Assembly (NCBI GenBank): GCA_023334545.1
Contig: JAADVB010000009.1
Span: 94,803 to 158,802 of the forward strand
DNA from: Salisapilia sapeloensis CBS 127946
Lineage: Eukaryota; Protista; Oomycota
Length of the DNA stretch: 64,000 nt
Direction of reading: 5' to 3'
Shown: piece after piece, positions 11,052-21,780 of the stretch
How positions within the stretch are numbered: position 1 is the stretch's first letter
How the letters are laid out: each line of letters begins with the position of its first letter
The notes under the pieces: generated by a model
The model's database searches: none
What the model was told of the DNA's origin: nothing
What the model saw: the letters and a program-made list of their open reading frames with translations, nothing else
Made by a program: the position numbers and the translations under genes

Positions 11052-12339
11052 ATGAGGACTTCATGGCTACTAAACAGAGCGTTGTGGAAGGAAGATGGCT
11101 CTCTACCTGTTGGACTGCGTATAATGTCGATGTTGCAGCCGGAGGAGATACTGGTGCTATCTTGCCAACTCTCACATTGGATGACGGATGCAACCTCCAG
11201 TTCGACGATCTGGAAACAGTTGCTACTTCAATACTACCTTTCGACGCCATTTGCCAGTATCATGTCGAATAATGCCTCTGTATCGGCATGGAAGACTGTC
11301 TTTTATATCTCCGCCTTGTCGAGATCAATATGGAGGAACGAAGTTAGTATGATTCGACAACTTTCAAACCAAGTAACTCCGTCCGGCGCGCACGAGATCA
11401 AGCCCATCAGAACACTTTCCGGCCGCCAGCTTCTTGTCGTTTCCAACTATCGTAGATATCTTTTGACGATTCCGATGAATGCTACCAGACGAGATAAAAG
11501 CCAAGGAATGGTCTATCTACGTGAACGGCTTCGAAATGTTCAAATTTCCAGGTCGAGCACAAGAAATCGACGAGTTAGTGATATTGGCGATGCTTCAAGT
11601 CGAGCAATGTCCAAAGTTTGGTCTGCTAGGAGACGACTGTCAGAGATGTATGGAATGAGAAGCACGGACAGCATGGTGTACCATGCCACGAGCGATTTAT
11701 CAGGCTCCATGATGTCATTAACGGATTCTTCATTGGTAATTGAAGGTCATGGGGTCTCGTCACATTTATGCTCCGTCGAAATCAACAACATTCATGTATG
11801 TTTTGTCATTTATATCCATCGACAAGTACTTATCTTGTTCATGAACCTTGCAGGAAGTACGCATTGGCGGACAAGCACATACTTTTAGAGTCAAGTCTCT
11901 CTACGATGACCTAAAGATTACGATGTCATCGAAAGAAGGCGCGAAAGCATGGGTTTTTGCTATTCGAGCGTTGGGTGATCAATGGCAAAGCACACCATGT
12001 ACACCTAACGAAATTCCGTCGATGAGATCGCTCTTTGTTGGAAATGATGTCAAGCAGCTATCAGACACTGCAAAGCCTTCATCCAGGCTGAATACTTCGA
12101 CTATAACTTCTTGGGTTGGGAACAAATTGCTAGGGAAGACGGACGACCAAGCTTGCCTTGAGGCTCGACTCTTATCAACTTCAGAAGATGAGCACATTGA
12201 TACGAAAGTTGAGGCGTGGAAATCATTTACTGGGTTTTGCAAAAAGCTTAGCAGTGAACTATATGAGGACCCAGCCGAAGTAGAGGTGGTTCCAGTTCAT
12301 TTGGTAGACAATCAAGAAGGCCCAAGACTGTCCTTTTAG
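11052..12339 (+). CDS. F-box-like plus PH-like domain protein (2 exons)
   Basis: Exons 11052-11795 and 11854-12339 (58-nt GTAT..CAG intron, phase 0) give 409 aa; F-box-like LPVGLRIMSML..ILVLSCQLSHW..IWKQL; PH C-terminal strand/helix pattern EVRIG..FRVKS..ITMSSKEGAKAWVFAIR. Confidence 0.6.
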
Positions 12340-12525
12340 TAAACATTGAATTCTATCACTACTTTGAAGCTAATGAAGCGCGTTCTTAAGCATGACGCTA
12401 TGAAACGGTTTCAATCACATAAATGCTATCCGATACATAGCAACGGCATGCGTGTGACAAAGGCACTCTTGTATTTTTAAGAAAACGTCAAACGCTATGT
12501 CGGTCATAGGCAGGCATGGTAAGAC

Positions 12526-14607
12526 TCAGTCAACTACCATAGCTATGCTTTCAATTTGGCGACGCAGGCGATTGATTTCAGCTTCAATATCCCGTCGCTT
12601 AGTCGTCGCAGCGACGGATTTCTGGTTGCGGTAATCCAGAAGCTGTTGTTGCTGGGTCAGGTCATAGATGCGCTTGTAAATTTTCGCGACATTCTCGGCT
12701 TCATCATTCGACATGGTCGCTGTGCATGCGCTGTTGGTGGAAGCTTTGCGGGACATCTGGGACTTCGAGCCGTAAAAGCTCGCATTTGCTTCATCAACGC
12801 GCTTGCTGCGCTCCATGTCATCTGTAGAAACAAAAGAGACAGAGGCAAGAGACATCGTTTCACAATCATCAATGACGGACTGACTTTCCGGGTCGAACAG
12901 TGTGTCAAAATCTGGCACCAAGTGCGAAACGGACATCATAGACGCATTGTCATCGAAGTCTTCTGCGCCAAGGGCGCCAATTGATAAGGTGCCGTTGCTT
13001 GAAAATTGACTTGATTGGAAGCTCGATTTCTGGATTGAGCTCTTTTGACTAGGACCGGCATGAATAGGGTCTGGTCGATACCACGACAGTTTAGAGTAGT
13101 TTTCAGGAGTTACATCGCTGATGCTATGCTTAAGTTGAGCCCCGATTGGCTTTGCACCGTGCTTTTTCGGATGCATTGGCGGAGCGGAAACTGTCGGAGT
13201 AAATGGGGACTTCTTCTGTGCAGATTTCTGCGCCTGTGAGGTTTTCTCCGTGTGCGCCTTAAGAATACTCATAGTTAATGGGTTTCCACCATCTGTGCTG
13301 GGCGACTTTGTGTTAGCGGTTGGAGGCCCTGCACTAGTGTCACTTGTTTTACTTCCACGCCTCGATCGAGAGACTGATCTACTATGATCCGATAGCTGGT
13401 CTCTCTTGATGTCTCCCGACTGCTTAGATTCTGACAAGCCCGCGTCAACTGTGTCATCACTATGGAGATATGAATGCCCTTGTTGATCTGAAAACGCATT
13501 TAGTCCGTTTTCTTTTTCGTGAGAGTATGAAGAAGAGCTTGCTTCGTGCGAATCACTGTGTGAACTGCCTATTGCTGATCGAAGCACAACCGTTCCAGCA
13601 TAGTGCTCATTTACGAGAGCTATGCAATGCGAGCAAACGCGTACCTTCAAGACCATCTTGTAGTCGGAAGGGATGCTCCATTTCTGACTGCATCGGCTAC
13701 AAGTAATCTCACCGCATTTTCGGCAGTTCTTCCTCTTTGTCAGGAAATTAAACTTGGCATCGCAAATTTTGCACTTGGATTGTGTTGCCTTAGGTACCAT
13801 TTCTAGATTTCCCATAAGCTTCGCTTCGCCGAGTCGATGCTGAGTGAGAATGTGGGCCATGTTGGATAAGTTCACGACTTGCTTAAAGTTTGATCCAGAC
13901 GGGTCCAACTGCTTCGAAAGGCTTTCATGCTTCTTAGCGGCACTCATGTACGTAACCTTTAGGAAGCCTTCGCGGCCCGTCTCGGATATGACGTAGCCAG
14001 TAGAAAACATCTCACTTCGAGTACAACCAAGCCAATCCTTAAACTCTGGAAAGCTCTTAAGTGCTATGGAATTGTAGACCTTGACCCAGCTTCGACGTCC
14101 ACTGGCATCCGTTATAACTCTTTGTCCTTCGAGAACGACGTAATCGCGATATTTGTTCAGCTTGGAATTGGTGTCCAAGACAAGCCACTTGATTGTTACT
14201 TGTTGATACGGCGTCTCAGTCTTCGGTTCCTCTATCGTGTGCAGGACGTGGTAATCAGCCATGGCAGGGTAATAAGCACGCTGACGCTTTGCCTTTAGTG
14301 TATTTGACGTGTCAAATACTGAGGCAATTTCTTCTAAAAGAGCTTCAATTGTCGAAACTCCGGCTGCGTAGTGGTCTTCGCTTATGAATGAGCCAGTCTT
14401 ACTTTTTAGTGTGCCAACGTAGAGCTGCACGCTGTTAGAAACTCCAACAGGCTCCCAGCCTATGCGACTATCTGGTGCTCCATTCGCCATTTTAAGCATT
14501 TGGTCAACGGCATCATGCGCTTTTTGTAAGTAGGCGTCCTTATCCGCCTTGGTGAGAGACGGAATCTTTTCAAAGTATTCATTATCCAGCGGGATCGACG
14601 CTACCAT
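12526..14607 (-). CDS. START-like (Bet v1 fold) plus FYVE-type zinc finger protein, paralog A
   Basis: 693 aa; family pattern DYHVLHTI..QVTIKW..RDYVVLE; finger CKIC..F....RKNCRKCGEITCSRCS..RVCSHC; Ser-rich linker; C-terminal helical segment. Confidence 0.85.
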   Translation of the reverse strand: MVASIPLDNEYFEKIPSLTKADKDAYLQKAHDAVDQMLKMANGAPDSRIGWEPVGVSNSVQLYVGTLKSKTGSFISEDHYAAGVSTIEALLEEIASVFDTSNTLKAKRQRAYYPAMADYHVLHTIEEPKTETPYQQVTIKWLVLDTNSKLNKYRDYVVLEGQRVITDASGRRSWVKVYNSIALKSFPEFKDWLGCTRSEMFSTGYVISETGREGFLKVTYMSAAKKHESLSKQLDPSGSNFKQVVNLSNMAHILTQHRLGEAKLMGNLEMVPKATQSKCKICDAKFNFLTKRKNCRKCGEITCSRCSQKWSIPSDYKMVLKVRVCSHCIALVNEHYAGTVVLRSAIGSSHSDSHEASSSSYSHEKENGLNAFSDQQGHSYLHSDDTVDAGLSESKQSGDIKRDQLSDHSRSVSRSRRGSKTSDTSAGPPTANTKSPSTDGGNPLTMSILKAHTEKTSQAQKSAQKKSPFTPTVSAPPMHPKKHGAKPIGAQLKHSISDVTPENYSKLSWYRPDPIHAGPSQKSSIQKSSFQSSQFSSNGTLSIGALGAEDFDDNASMMSVSHLVPDFDTLFDPESQSVIDDCETMSLASVSFVSTDDMERSKRVDEANASFYGSKSQMSRKASTNSACTATMSNDEAENVAKIYKRIYDLTQQQQLLDYRNQKSVAATTKRRDIEAEINRLRRQIESIAMVVD

Positions 14608-15133
14608 TTCGTTTGAGCCTCAGAAGAATAAATTGGATAGTGGAAGAAGATCAATGGTTGACACAAATGACTGGTATACTCTGGTCCGAGCAACATGGTC
14701 AGAAATGGTGGGTTCCTCTCACCTGATGACACTGATCGCACATGCACATTCAACTGACCGTAGTTTAAAGCATATATGTAATCTATAATAATGTAAAGAC
14801 ATATACTTTATTGACATACAACATTAAAATATAAAGCATAGAATGTATAAGAAGACCGAGGTACATCTAATCTGCATTGTACTTTCGAACATGCCTTATC
14901 TTCTACCCCTTGACAGTATTAGTTTTGGCTAGAAACAGATCAGTATATGATGACACCTATACCATGTCGATTGAAAACTAGGTACGCCACAGTCTCGTGG
15001 TACTGATCTGGTCGGTATAAAAAATGGACCAGATTAGAGGAATGATGTTTTTGTAGACTTACTATGGTCTCTGCTTGTATTCTGACTGCTAGAGCGTTAC
15101 GTCTTCCTGGACAGACGAGCAAGTAGCTTCATC

Positions 15134-15147
15134 TCATTCCAAGTTTT
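15134..15147 (+). promoter_or_regulatory. Oomycete-type Inr + FPR core promoter element
   Basis: TCATTCCAAGTTTT fits the oomycete TCATTYBNNNWTTY consensus, 30 nt upstream of ATG 15177. Confidence 0.5.
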
Positions 15148-15176
15148 TGGTCAAAAAGCACAAGCAGCTTCCTGCC

Positions 15177-17162
15177 ATGTCAATCCCACTACCTGAAGGC
15201 TATTTCAAACTCCCCCCACTTAAGCCGGAGCAAATTGAAGCTTTGTCGCGTCGTGCTCGCGAAAATGCCAACCAAGTGATCGACATGCTGCGCCTCCCAG
15301 ATGGACCAATTGCATGGGAAGATGCTGGCGTCGAGGATAATGTTCAGCTATACAGTGGTCGTCATCGCGGCGGACCTGGTGTTCCATCCAAGGTTACCGA
15401 GGGACTCTATCGAATGGGTGCTACGACAATTGAAGCCCGCCTTGACGAAGTCGCGTCCATTTTTGACACATCGACTACACACAAGGGAAAAATCTATCGT
15501 GTGTATGATGATGTCATGGCTGATCATCATGTTCTACATACGCTCATTGAGCCTTCAGCAGAAAGACCACTGCATCAACGAACAGTTAAATGGCTCGTCA
15601 TGCAACTCCCAAACAAGATGATTAAGCTCCGCGATGGTGTCGTCATTGAGTGTCAGGATACATTTACAGACCCAGCAACCGGTCATCGTGGATGGGTTAA
15701 AGCTTATACAAGCATCGATTTACCTGGCTTTCCAAACATGTATGAAAGGTTTGGCATCATTCGCGCCGACGCGTACCATACAGGCCACATGGCTATTGAG
15801 ACCGACAAGCCTGGGCATCTAAAGTTCATGTATATGAGCCTCATCTACATGAATGGAAACCTGAATGGTTCATTTGATCCTGGACACCGCCACTTTGCTC
15901 GAGTGATTAATAATACTCAAATATCTAAAATGGTTACCATGAAACGGCTGAGTGAATGTCGCTTCCTTGATGACATGGAAGTCGTTTCCAAAGGCTCACG
16001 CAGCCGATGTAAAGTTTGTGAAAGCAAATTTGGTTTAATGACCAAGAAGAACAACTGTCGCAAATGTGGTGAAGTGGTTTGTGATCGTTGCTGCAAGAAG
16101 TGGAAGCTACCTTCTCCCCGAGCACATTATATTCTTATGCGTATTTGTGCACATTGTGTCGCTGTTACCGGATCAGCCACCTACAAAAACTCCGACGCAT
16201 CTACTTCCCAATCTTATTCAAACTCACTAGAGAACACTGAAGTAAAGACGAGGACTTACTTGGATGCTGATGCAAAAAACCCAGTACAAAGTGTATCTCT
16301 CCATGAAAACGAAAGCAATCGTTCCGGATCGATGCACTCTTACGACTCAGCTAGTCGTATAAACACCAGACGCTCTGGTGATCGTGCTCCGGTGCATTAC
16401 AATTTGTATGTTAAAGGGGGCAATGCGTCTCCCCATGTTTCGCATGAATTCACGGCAAATCAGTACTCAAACGAGTATGAAGATGAAAATGTTCGGGCTC
16501 CTCCACCGCCACTTCCGTACGCTGCTGATTCTATGGGAGCTAACCGAATTTATCGTGGTGATTTGCCAAGACCCAATCGGCCCGCACCGGATACTGCATC
16601 TGTGTCAAGTAGCTCGAGTGGTCAGCAATACAAGTATGGCCAATATGCCACGACGGAAGATGTGCAAAAGATTTACAGCGGAAACCACGACAATCCGACG
16701 AAGTCAAGCGGAAGTACTGTGTTTTCGGACGACGCAAGCTCCCAACACAGTGGTGGAATGCACTACAACGGAGAGTCGAGCGGAAACCATGGCTATGGTA
16801 AATCCATGGCAAAGAACTCAATTGCTGAAAACGCAGAGTTGGACGGAATCCGAAGATCGATGGCTGGAATGGAGATGGACCATGTTATTAACGCGATGAG
16901 AAACTCCCTCCATGATTCAACCACTGGTCCAATTCCAAACTCCAACGCAGATCCGCAGGAGTACAATATGGTACAGTCCGATACTTCACGCACAGCTTCC
17001 GTTGTGCAACTGTATCAACAAATTGTTGAGCTGACCAACGAGCTGCATGAGTTGGATTTGGATCCGGAGAAGAACATGATTCGAAAAGTCGAAGTTGGGA
17101 AGGAAATGCAGAACTTGTATCGCCGATTAAACGCTTTGACGCAAGGTGTTCCAATTGTCTAG
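15177..17162 (+). CDS. START-like plus FYVE-type zinc finger protein, paralog B
   Basis: First ATG 15177 (MSIPLPEGYFK), 661 aa; DHHVLHTL..RTVKWLV..RDGVVIE; CKVC..F..KKNNCRKCGEVVCDRCC..RICAHC; divergent from paralog A. Confidence 0.85.
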   Translation: MSIPLPEGYFKLPPLKPEQIEALSRRARENANQVIDMLRLPDGPIAWEDAGVEDNVQLYSGRHRGGPGVPSKVTEGLYRMGATTIEARLDEVASIFDTSTTHKGKIYRVYDDVMADHHVLHTLIEPSAERPLHQRTVKWLVMQLPNKMIKLRDGVVIECQDTFTDPATGHRGWVKAYTSIDLPGFPNMYERFGIIRADAYHTGHMAIETDKPGHLKFMYMSLIYMNGNLNGSFDPGHRHFARVINNTQISKMVTMKRLSECRFLDDMEVVSKGSRSRCKVCESKFGLMTKKNNCRKCGEVVCDRCCKKWKLPSPRAHYILMRICAHCVAVTGSATYKNSDASTSQSYSNSLENTEVKTRTYLDADAKNPVQSVSLHENESNRSGSMHSYDSASRINTRRSGDRAPVHYNLYVKGGNASPHVSHEFTANQYSNEYEDENVRAPPPPLPYAADSMGANRIYRGDLPRPNRPAPDTASVSSSSSGQQYKYGQYATTEDVQKIYSGNHDNPTKSSGSTVFSDDASSQHSGGMHYNGESSGNHGYGKSMAKNSIAENAELDGIRRSMAGMEMDHVINAMRNSLHDSTTGPIPNSNADPQEYNMVQSDTSRTASVVQLYQQIVELTNELHELDLDPEKNMIRKVEVGKEMQNLYRRLNALTQGVPIV

Positions 17163-18180
17163 ATGCAGTACGATGTACTTGAGACAAGCGTCCATTTTCA
17201 ACACGGATCATTCCACATGCGTAGTGGTTGTGAGCTTTTTTCGTAAATATACATTTTGTTCTCCTGTACACTTATGGAGTTAGCGTCGTTGCATCATTAG
17301 TCATGTAGTGCATTAGTATTCTTCTAACATTGAATTAGAATGGTAATTTGCTTTCTAAACGACGATGCTGATGACCACCTTTATCACATTGTAGTGCACG
17401 TACAGCCATTCCGAAACGTTATCGTAAATTATGTTTCAAAGACAGCAGCAATCAAGTTACCATTTCCTTCATCCTAAAACTTTTTAATATGCTTCTTGTA
17501 TTTTAAATGGTACAGTCAGCGCGTTCGTGGTTAAGCATTGAGATAGATCTTTCGTCTTCTAAGTACTAATGTAGCCTCGATTTGTTTATTTTCTTTAGCC
17601 TCATGTAGCTCAAGTGGCGAGAGATCGTATTCTCAACATACTCGGAGACACGGAGGCGGAAACGCTGTCGATGAGACTTCCAGAAAAAACACTATAAACG
17701 CCGCTTGTAAGCAAAGCGACGGGGGAAAGTAATATCGATGATGAGTCCCGAGTTGTTGGGTAGTAATAAAAAAATAAAAAAATAATCAAGTGCCAAGCGT
17801 ACATCCTTCATCAGTAAATTCTTTGCGCAGCCATGGTAGTTAGAAGTTGATAAAGAAGAGATTCACCTGAAGTCCTTATATCAAACTACCGGGTTACAAG
17901 TGGAAAGGATAAAGACCATAAGTTACATCAACATCGACAAAGCTGATAGCTGACTTTGTCTATAGAAGATCTACGTTCATCTCCGTAGTTGTTCGAGGAC
18001 ATGGATAAAGGCACGATACACACTCTGAACATACTCAACAACCAAAGTTTAATATTTCCCAAACTTACTCTACGCTTATAAACTATTTATTTTGTTCATC
18101 CACGAAATTACCCACCAAGACCACTTTTATCGTTCATCACATAGTATTAAAATAGCTAAGCCTACTGAGCCCTGCTTCTA

Positions 18181-20064
18181 CTAGCCGTCTCCGATCAACG
18201 ACAAGTCGTGCTTCTTTTGAAGTTTCTCCAGCACTTTCATCCTGTTGTGTAATCCATAAAGCATAAAATCAATCTCTTCGTTTTGCTGCTCACTGCAGTC
18301 TTCATAGGAGTCCCATTCCCGCTTCTTCCGCGTAAGATACTTGATCTGTGTCCGTACTTCCTTTACCTCTGCTTCCAGAGCTTGTATATCATACTCTGTC
18401 GTCATGTGTAGGTCAGTCCTGTTCTGGCGAAAGTCAGATTTTCCAAGCTTATTCGTATCGCTCGAAGGAGCGTCTGATGCATGAGAATAGAAGTTGGATG
18501 TCCGCTTAGATGCATGCTTCTTCCTCTTTGAGCTGGATTTATATGTCGGTTCACAAGCGATTTCGTCTTCATCTTGGAAGGAGAAAAATTTTACGGTCGC
18601 AAATTCATCAAAGTCAGGCGAGTCTGGCGCATGTTGACTTGATTGGCGTTTGTGTTTTACCTTATGCTGTCCTTGCTGTCTAGATGAAGGACTTTTATCC
18701 ATCGAAGGGTCTACTACGATCGTTTTCTCAAAGTCGCTGCATTCTTCTTCGTCTTGGGTAGTCGTACCGTTCACGAAGGACCACATCTCTCGATGGTTTT
18801 GAATGCTCGTGTTCATGGACGCGTTGCAGATTGCAAATGACGGAACGGATTCTGATGTATTGGTAGTGGAGGCATCACTAAGTTTGTGCTGAGTTCGCCC
18901 CCAAAACGGTTGATGCGAATCTTTTTTGCCACAGCCATGCTCGCTTCGAGTTTTCCTCATACTTTTCCATTTCTCTCCTCCCTTTTTCAAGATGCTATGA
19001 ATGTCATTCGGTTCAGAGCTTAGTGAATACTCATCATCCTTCCCTTCGTCCTCCGGTTCATGGACACAGTCGGAGCAGATCCGAAGTTTCCTGGAACCTG
19101 CAGACCCGACGGTAAAGGTATACTTGACCGCACAACTACGACACACGACTTCTCCACACTTGCGGCAATTCTCCTTACGGCTCATCGGATAGAATCTAGA
19201 GCCACAGCAAGAGCATGATGATCGTAGATTCTTTGACACGAGCTCAAGATCGCTCAATAGCGTTTGGTTCGACAATCGATATTGTGAAAGTTTCGATTGG
19301 AGATTCTTGAGGTTCAAAACACACTTGCGAATGAAAAGAGAATTAACGTAGGCTTTCGATCGACCTTTGAGCTCCAGTCGGAAGGACGAAGTGGCTGTCA
19401 ATGTCCCAGGCAAGTCTGTTTCCATGATGACATATCCAGAAGTACTTGCGCTCCCACGGACATTATCGTTGTAGTCATGAGATGGAGGTTTAAAGTCGTA
19501 CTCGTCGATCGTTCGGAAGGCTTTGACAAACCCTCGGAGGTTCGTATGAGGGTTTGTAAATAGACTCTGGTATTCTAGCGTAATAAATTCTCGGGGGCGA
19601 CCAAACCTCGATGGTTCCCGGACGACTGTCCACTTGATGGTGACTTGGCGCTGGTCTGGGCGATTCTTTCGACCTGTGTCTGTGATGGAATAGAGTACAT
19701 CTTGGTCGATGATAATGGCATCCTGTCGAGCGTACGCTTTCGCCTCCTCCGTGGTCGTCGTGGAAAAGTAATTGGCGACTTCCTCGATGGATGATTTGAT
19801 CCGTACCTTTCCACATATATGCTGCGTCCACGGGTTCGCGCCATTGCTGTTCGATTGTCCTAGGTACATTTCGACGTTCCCTTCTGTCCTTCCTTTGATC
19901 CAGGTGACCGGTCCATCATCGACGACGAGCGCGCCAATAAGATCATTTGCAGTTACTTGTGCTTCATCCAGCAGCTCCTGCTCCTGTTGGGGATTTAGTC
20001 GAGGTCTCTCCTCGTGTGCATTTGGAGCACCTCGACCGTGTGCCATCTGTGCCTGTGACATCAA
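18181..20064 (-). CDS. START-like plus FYVE-type zinc finger protein, paralog C
   Basis: 627 aa; DQDVLYSI..QVTIKWTV..REFITLE; CSCC..F..RKENCRKCGEVVCRSCA..RICSDC. Confidence 0.85.
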   Translation of the reverse strand: MMSQAQMAHGRGAPNAHEERPRLNPQQEQELLDEAQVTANDLIGALVVDDGPVTWIKGRTEGNVEMYLGQSNSNGANPWTQHICGKVRIKSSIEEVANYFSTTTTEEAKAYARQDAIIIDQDVLYSITDTGRKNRPDQRQVTIKWTVVREPSRFGRPREFITLEYQSLFTNPHTNLRGFVKAFRTIDEYDFKPPSHDYNDNVRGSASTSGYVIMETDLPGTLTATSSFRLELKGRSKAYVNSLFIRKCVLNLKNLQSKLSQYRLSNQTLLSDLELVSKNLRSSCSCCGSRFYPMSRKENCRKCGEVVCRSCAVKYTFTVGSAGSRKLRICSDCVHEPEDEGKDDEYSLSSEPNDIHSILKKGGEKWKSMRKTRSEHGCGKKDSHQPFWGRTQHKLSDASTTNTSESVPSFAICNASMNTSIQNHREMWSFVNGTTTQDEEECSDFEKTIVVDPSMDKSPSSRQQGQHKVKHKRQSSQHAPDSPDFDEFATVKFFSFQDEDEIACEPTYKSSSKRKKHASKRTSNFYSHASDAPSSDTNKLGKSDFRQNRTDLHMTTEYDIQALEAEVKEVRTQIKYLTRKKREWDSYEDCSEQQNEEIDFMLYGLHNRMKVLEKLQKKHDLSLIGDG

Positions 20065-20523
20065 GCGGCCAAAGTTTTAATGTAGAGTCTCAACCCAACC
20101 ACGGATTTCGAACGAATGACAAGCTTCTAATAAACGAGGCTCTCGCTCTATCCGTCTAGCACCCTCAGCTCGATGTAAAGTTGCTAGGGACTTCGAACCT
20201 ACGTGGCTACAATAGCATCTGGTGGCTACCTATTCAACATATTTTCATACAAAGCAACCAAATGTCCCTTTCCACGTATGCACCCAACGCCAAAGTTTCA
20301 AGAATCACACTCCGGTTTTCCCCAATCGCATATGTGACTTGATTTCTCGCCATTAAGACCGCATATCTCGGTTTCGTCAGGATAACTGTCCAGATGGCTA
20401 CTTTCTCAACTTCAAGCTGTAAAGGTACTATCCTGGTACACGAAGACAGGTCCACAGGAAGCTCATTTGGTACTGCCGATAGACTGGTTCTATCCTCGGT
20501 CATCGCTTAATTCTACCTCGAGA

Positions 20524-21780
20524 ATGCTGGAAACTTGGCAGATTCCAGTTTGGCCTGCAATTGCACTGCTTGTACTGTCCTACGTACTCTCTCATGTTGT
20601 CGCATGGTATCTGCAAGTCCGTCGAGAGCAACGGATTCAGCAGAAAACTGAAAAACTCGCCACAAAGTCGCACTCGTCGGACCTCGACGATGCTGCCACG
20701 TCCTTGCCAAGTGTTCCTGTCACGATCTTAACTGGGTACTTAGGTGCTGGTAAAACGACATTGCTCAATCGAATCCTACTAGCTCCAAGTCTACCGTACA
20801 AAGTCATGGTCCTTGAAAATGAAATTGGAGCCATCAGTATCGACCATTCTCTCCTCGAGTCTGGCATGGCATCCTTAGGTGACGATGGGATCTACGTCCT
20901 TGCCAATGGTTGCATGTGCTGTACGGCCAGTAGCACAGGTTCCAAGGGTAGTAACGAGCTCGAACGCATCCTCGACTACCTCCTTCGCATCAGTGCCGAG
21001 CAAGGGTTCGACTATCTGGTCATCGAGACAACCGGACTTGCGGATCCCGGTCCTATCATCGAGACGTTCCTAAGGCTCCGAGCCTCTCGCTTCCGACTAG
21101 ACGGCATCGTCACCATGGTGGATGCAAATGCCGCACAGCGGTTCTGGGAAGAAGACATACAAGAGTACGCTTTTCCGATCGAATTGCAGCGTCAGCTCTT
21201 GTATGCAGATACGATCGCACTGAACAAGGTGGATATGGTGGGCAACGACACTCTCAAGTTGCGTCTCGAAAGCGCTATCACCGAAATGAATGAAGAAGCG
21301 ACGTTGGAGCGATGTCAGCATGCGAATCTCGAGCTGTCCACGATTCTCGGCATGAATACATTCGACGAAGTACGCTTTCGTGGTACGAATAGTGTCGTAG
21401 ATGTCGATACGACCACCGGTATGCATGCTGGTGACATCGGTACTCATCACTTTGAAGTGCATCAGAGCGTCGATTTACTTCGACTGGGCAAGTGGTTGTC
21501 GGATGTTGTGGACGAGTATGCCAAAGCTCATGTCTTTCGTGTGAAGGGGGTGGTGGCTGTGGAAGGTGAGCATCGTCGATGTGTCGTGCAGTGTGTATTG
21601 GATACGTATACGATCGCTCCGTCGAGTCCGTGGAAACAAGATGAAGAGCGCGTTTCCAAGCTAGTTGTAATTGGGAAACAATTGAATCGGGCAGCACTGG
21701 AGGAAGGATTCTACTCTTGTCTTGTTGAAAGTGACGGCCCAGAGACGAAAGAAGGGAAAGAAGGCAAGAAAGATATGTGA
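20524..21780 (+). CDS. COG0523/CobW-family (ZNG1/CBWD-like) G3E GTPase zinc metallochaperone with N-terminal TM helix
   Basis: GYLGAGKTT (Walker A), ENE, NGCMCC (CxCC), IETTGLADP (Walker B region), NKVD (G4), CobW_C-like VFRVKGVV; first ATG 20524, 418 aa; hydrophobic IPVWPAIALLVLSYVLSHVVAWYL. Confidence 0.9.
   Translation: MLETWQIPVWPAIALLVLSYVLSHVVAWYLQVRREQRIQQKTEKLATKSHSSDLDDAATSLPSVPVTILTGYLGAGKTTLLNRILLAPSLPYKVMVLENEIGAISIDHSLLESGMASLGDDGIYVLANGCMCCTASSTGSKGSNELERILDYLLRISAEQGFDYLVIETTGLADPGPIIETFLRLRASRFRLDGIVTMVDANAAQRFWEEDIQEYAFPIELQRQLLYADTIALNKVDMVGNDTLKLRLESAITEMNEEATLERCQHANLELSTILGMNTFDEVRFRGTNSVVDVDTTTGMHAGDIGTHHFEVHQSVDLLRLGKWLSDVVDEYAKAHVFRVKGVVAVEGEHRRCVVQCVLDTYTIAPSSPWKQDEERVSKLVVIGKQLNRAALEEGFYSCLVESDGPETKEGKEGKKDM

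Noticed and set aside
20234-20503. 89-aa minus-strand ORF between START paralog C and the COG0523 gene
   Set aside because: No motif or codon bias; lies in the shared divergent promoter region.
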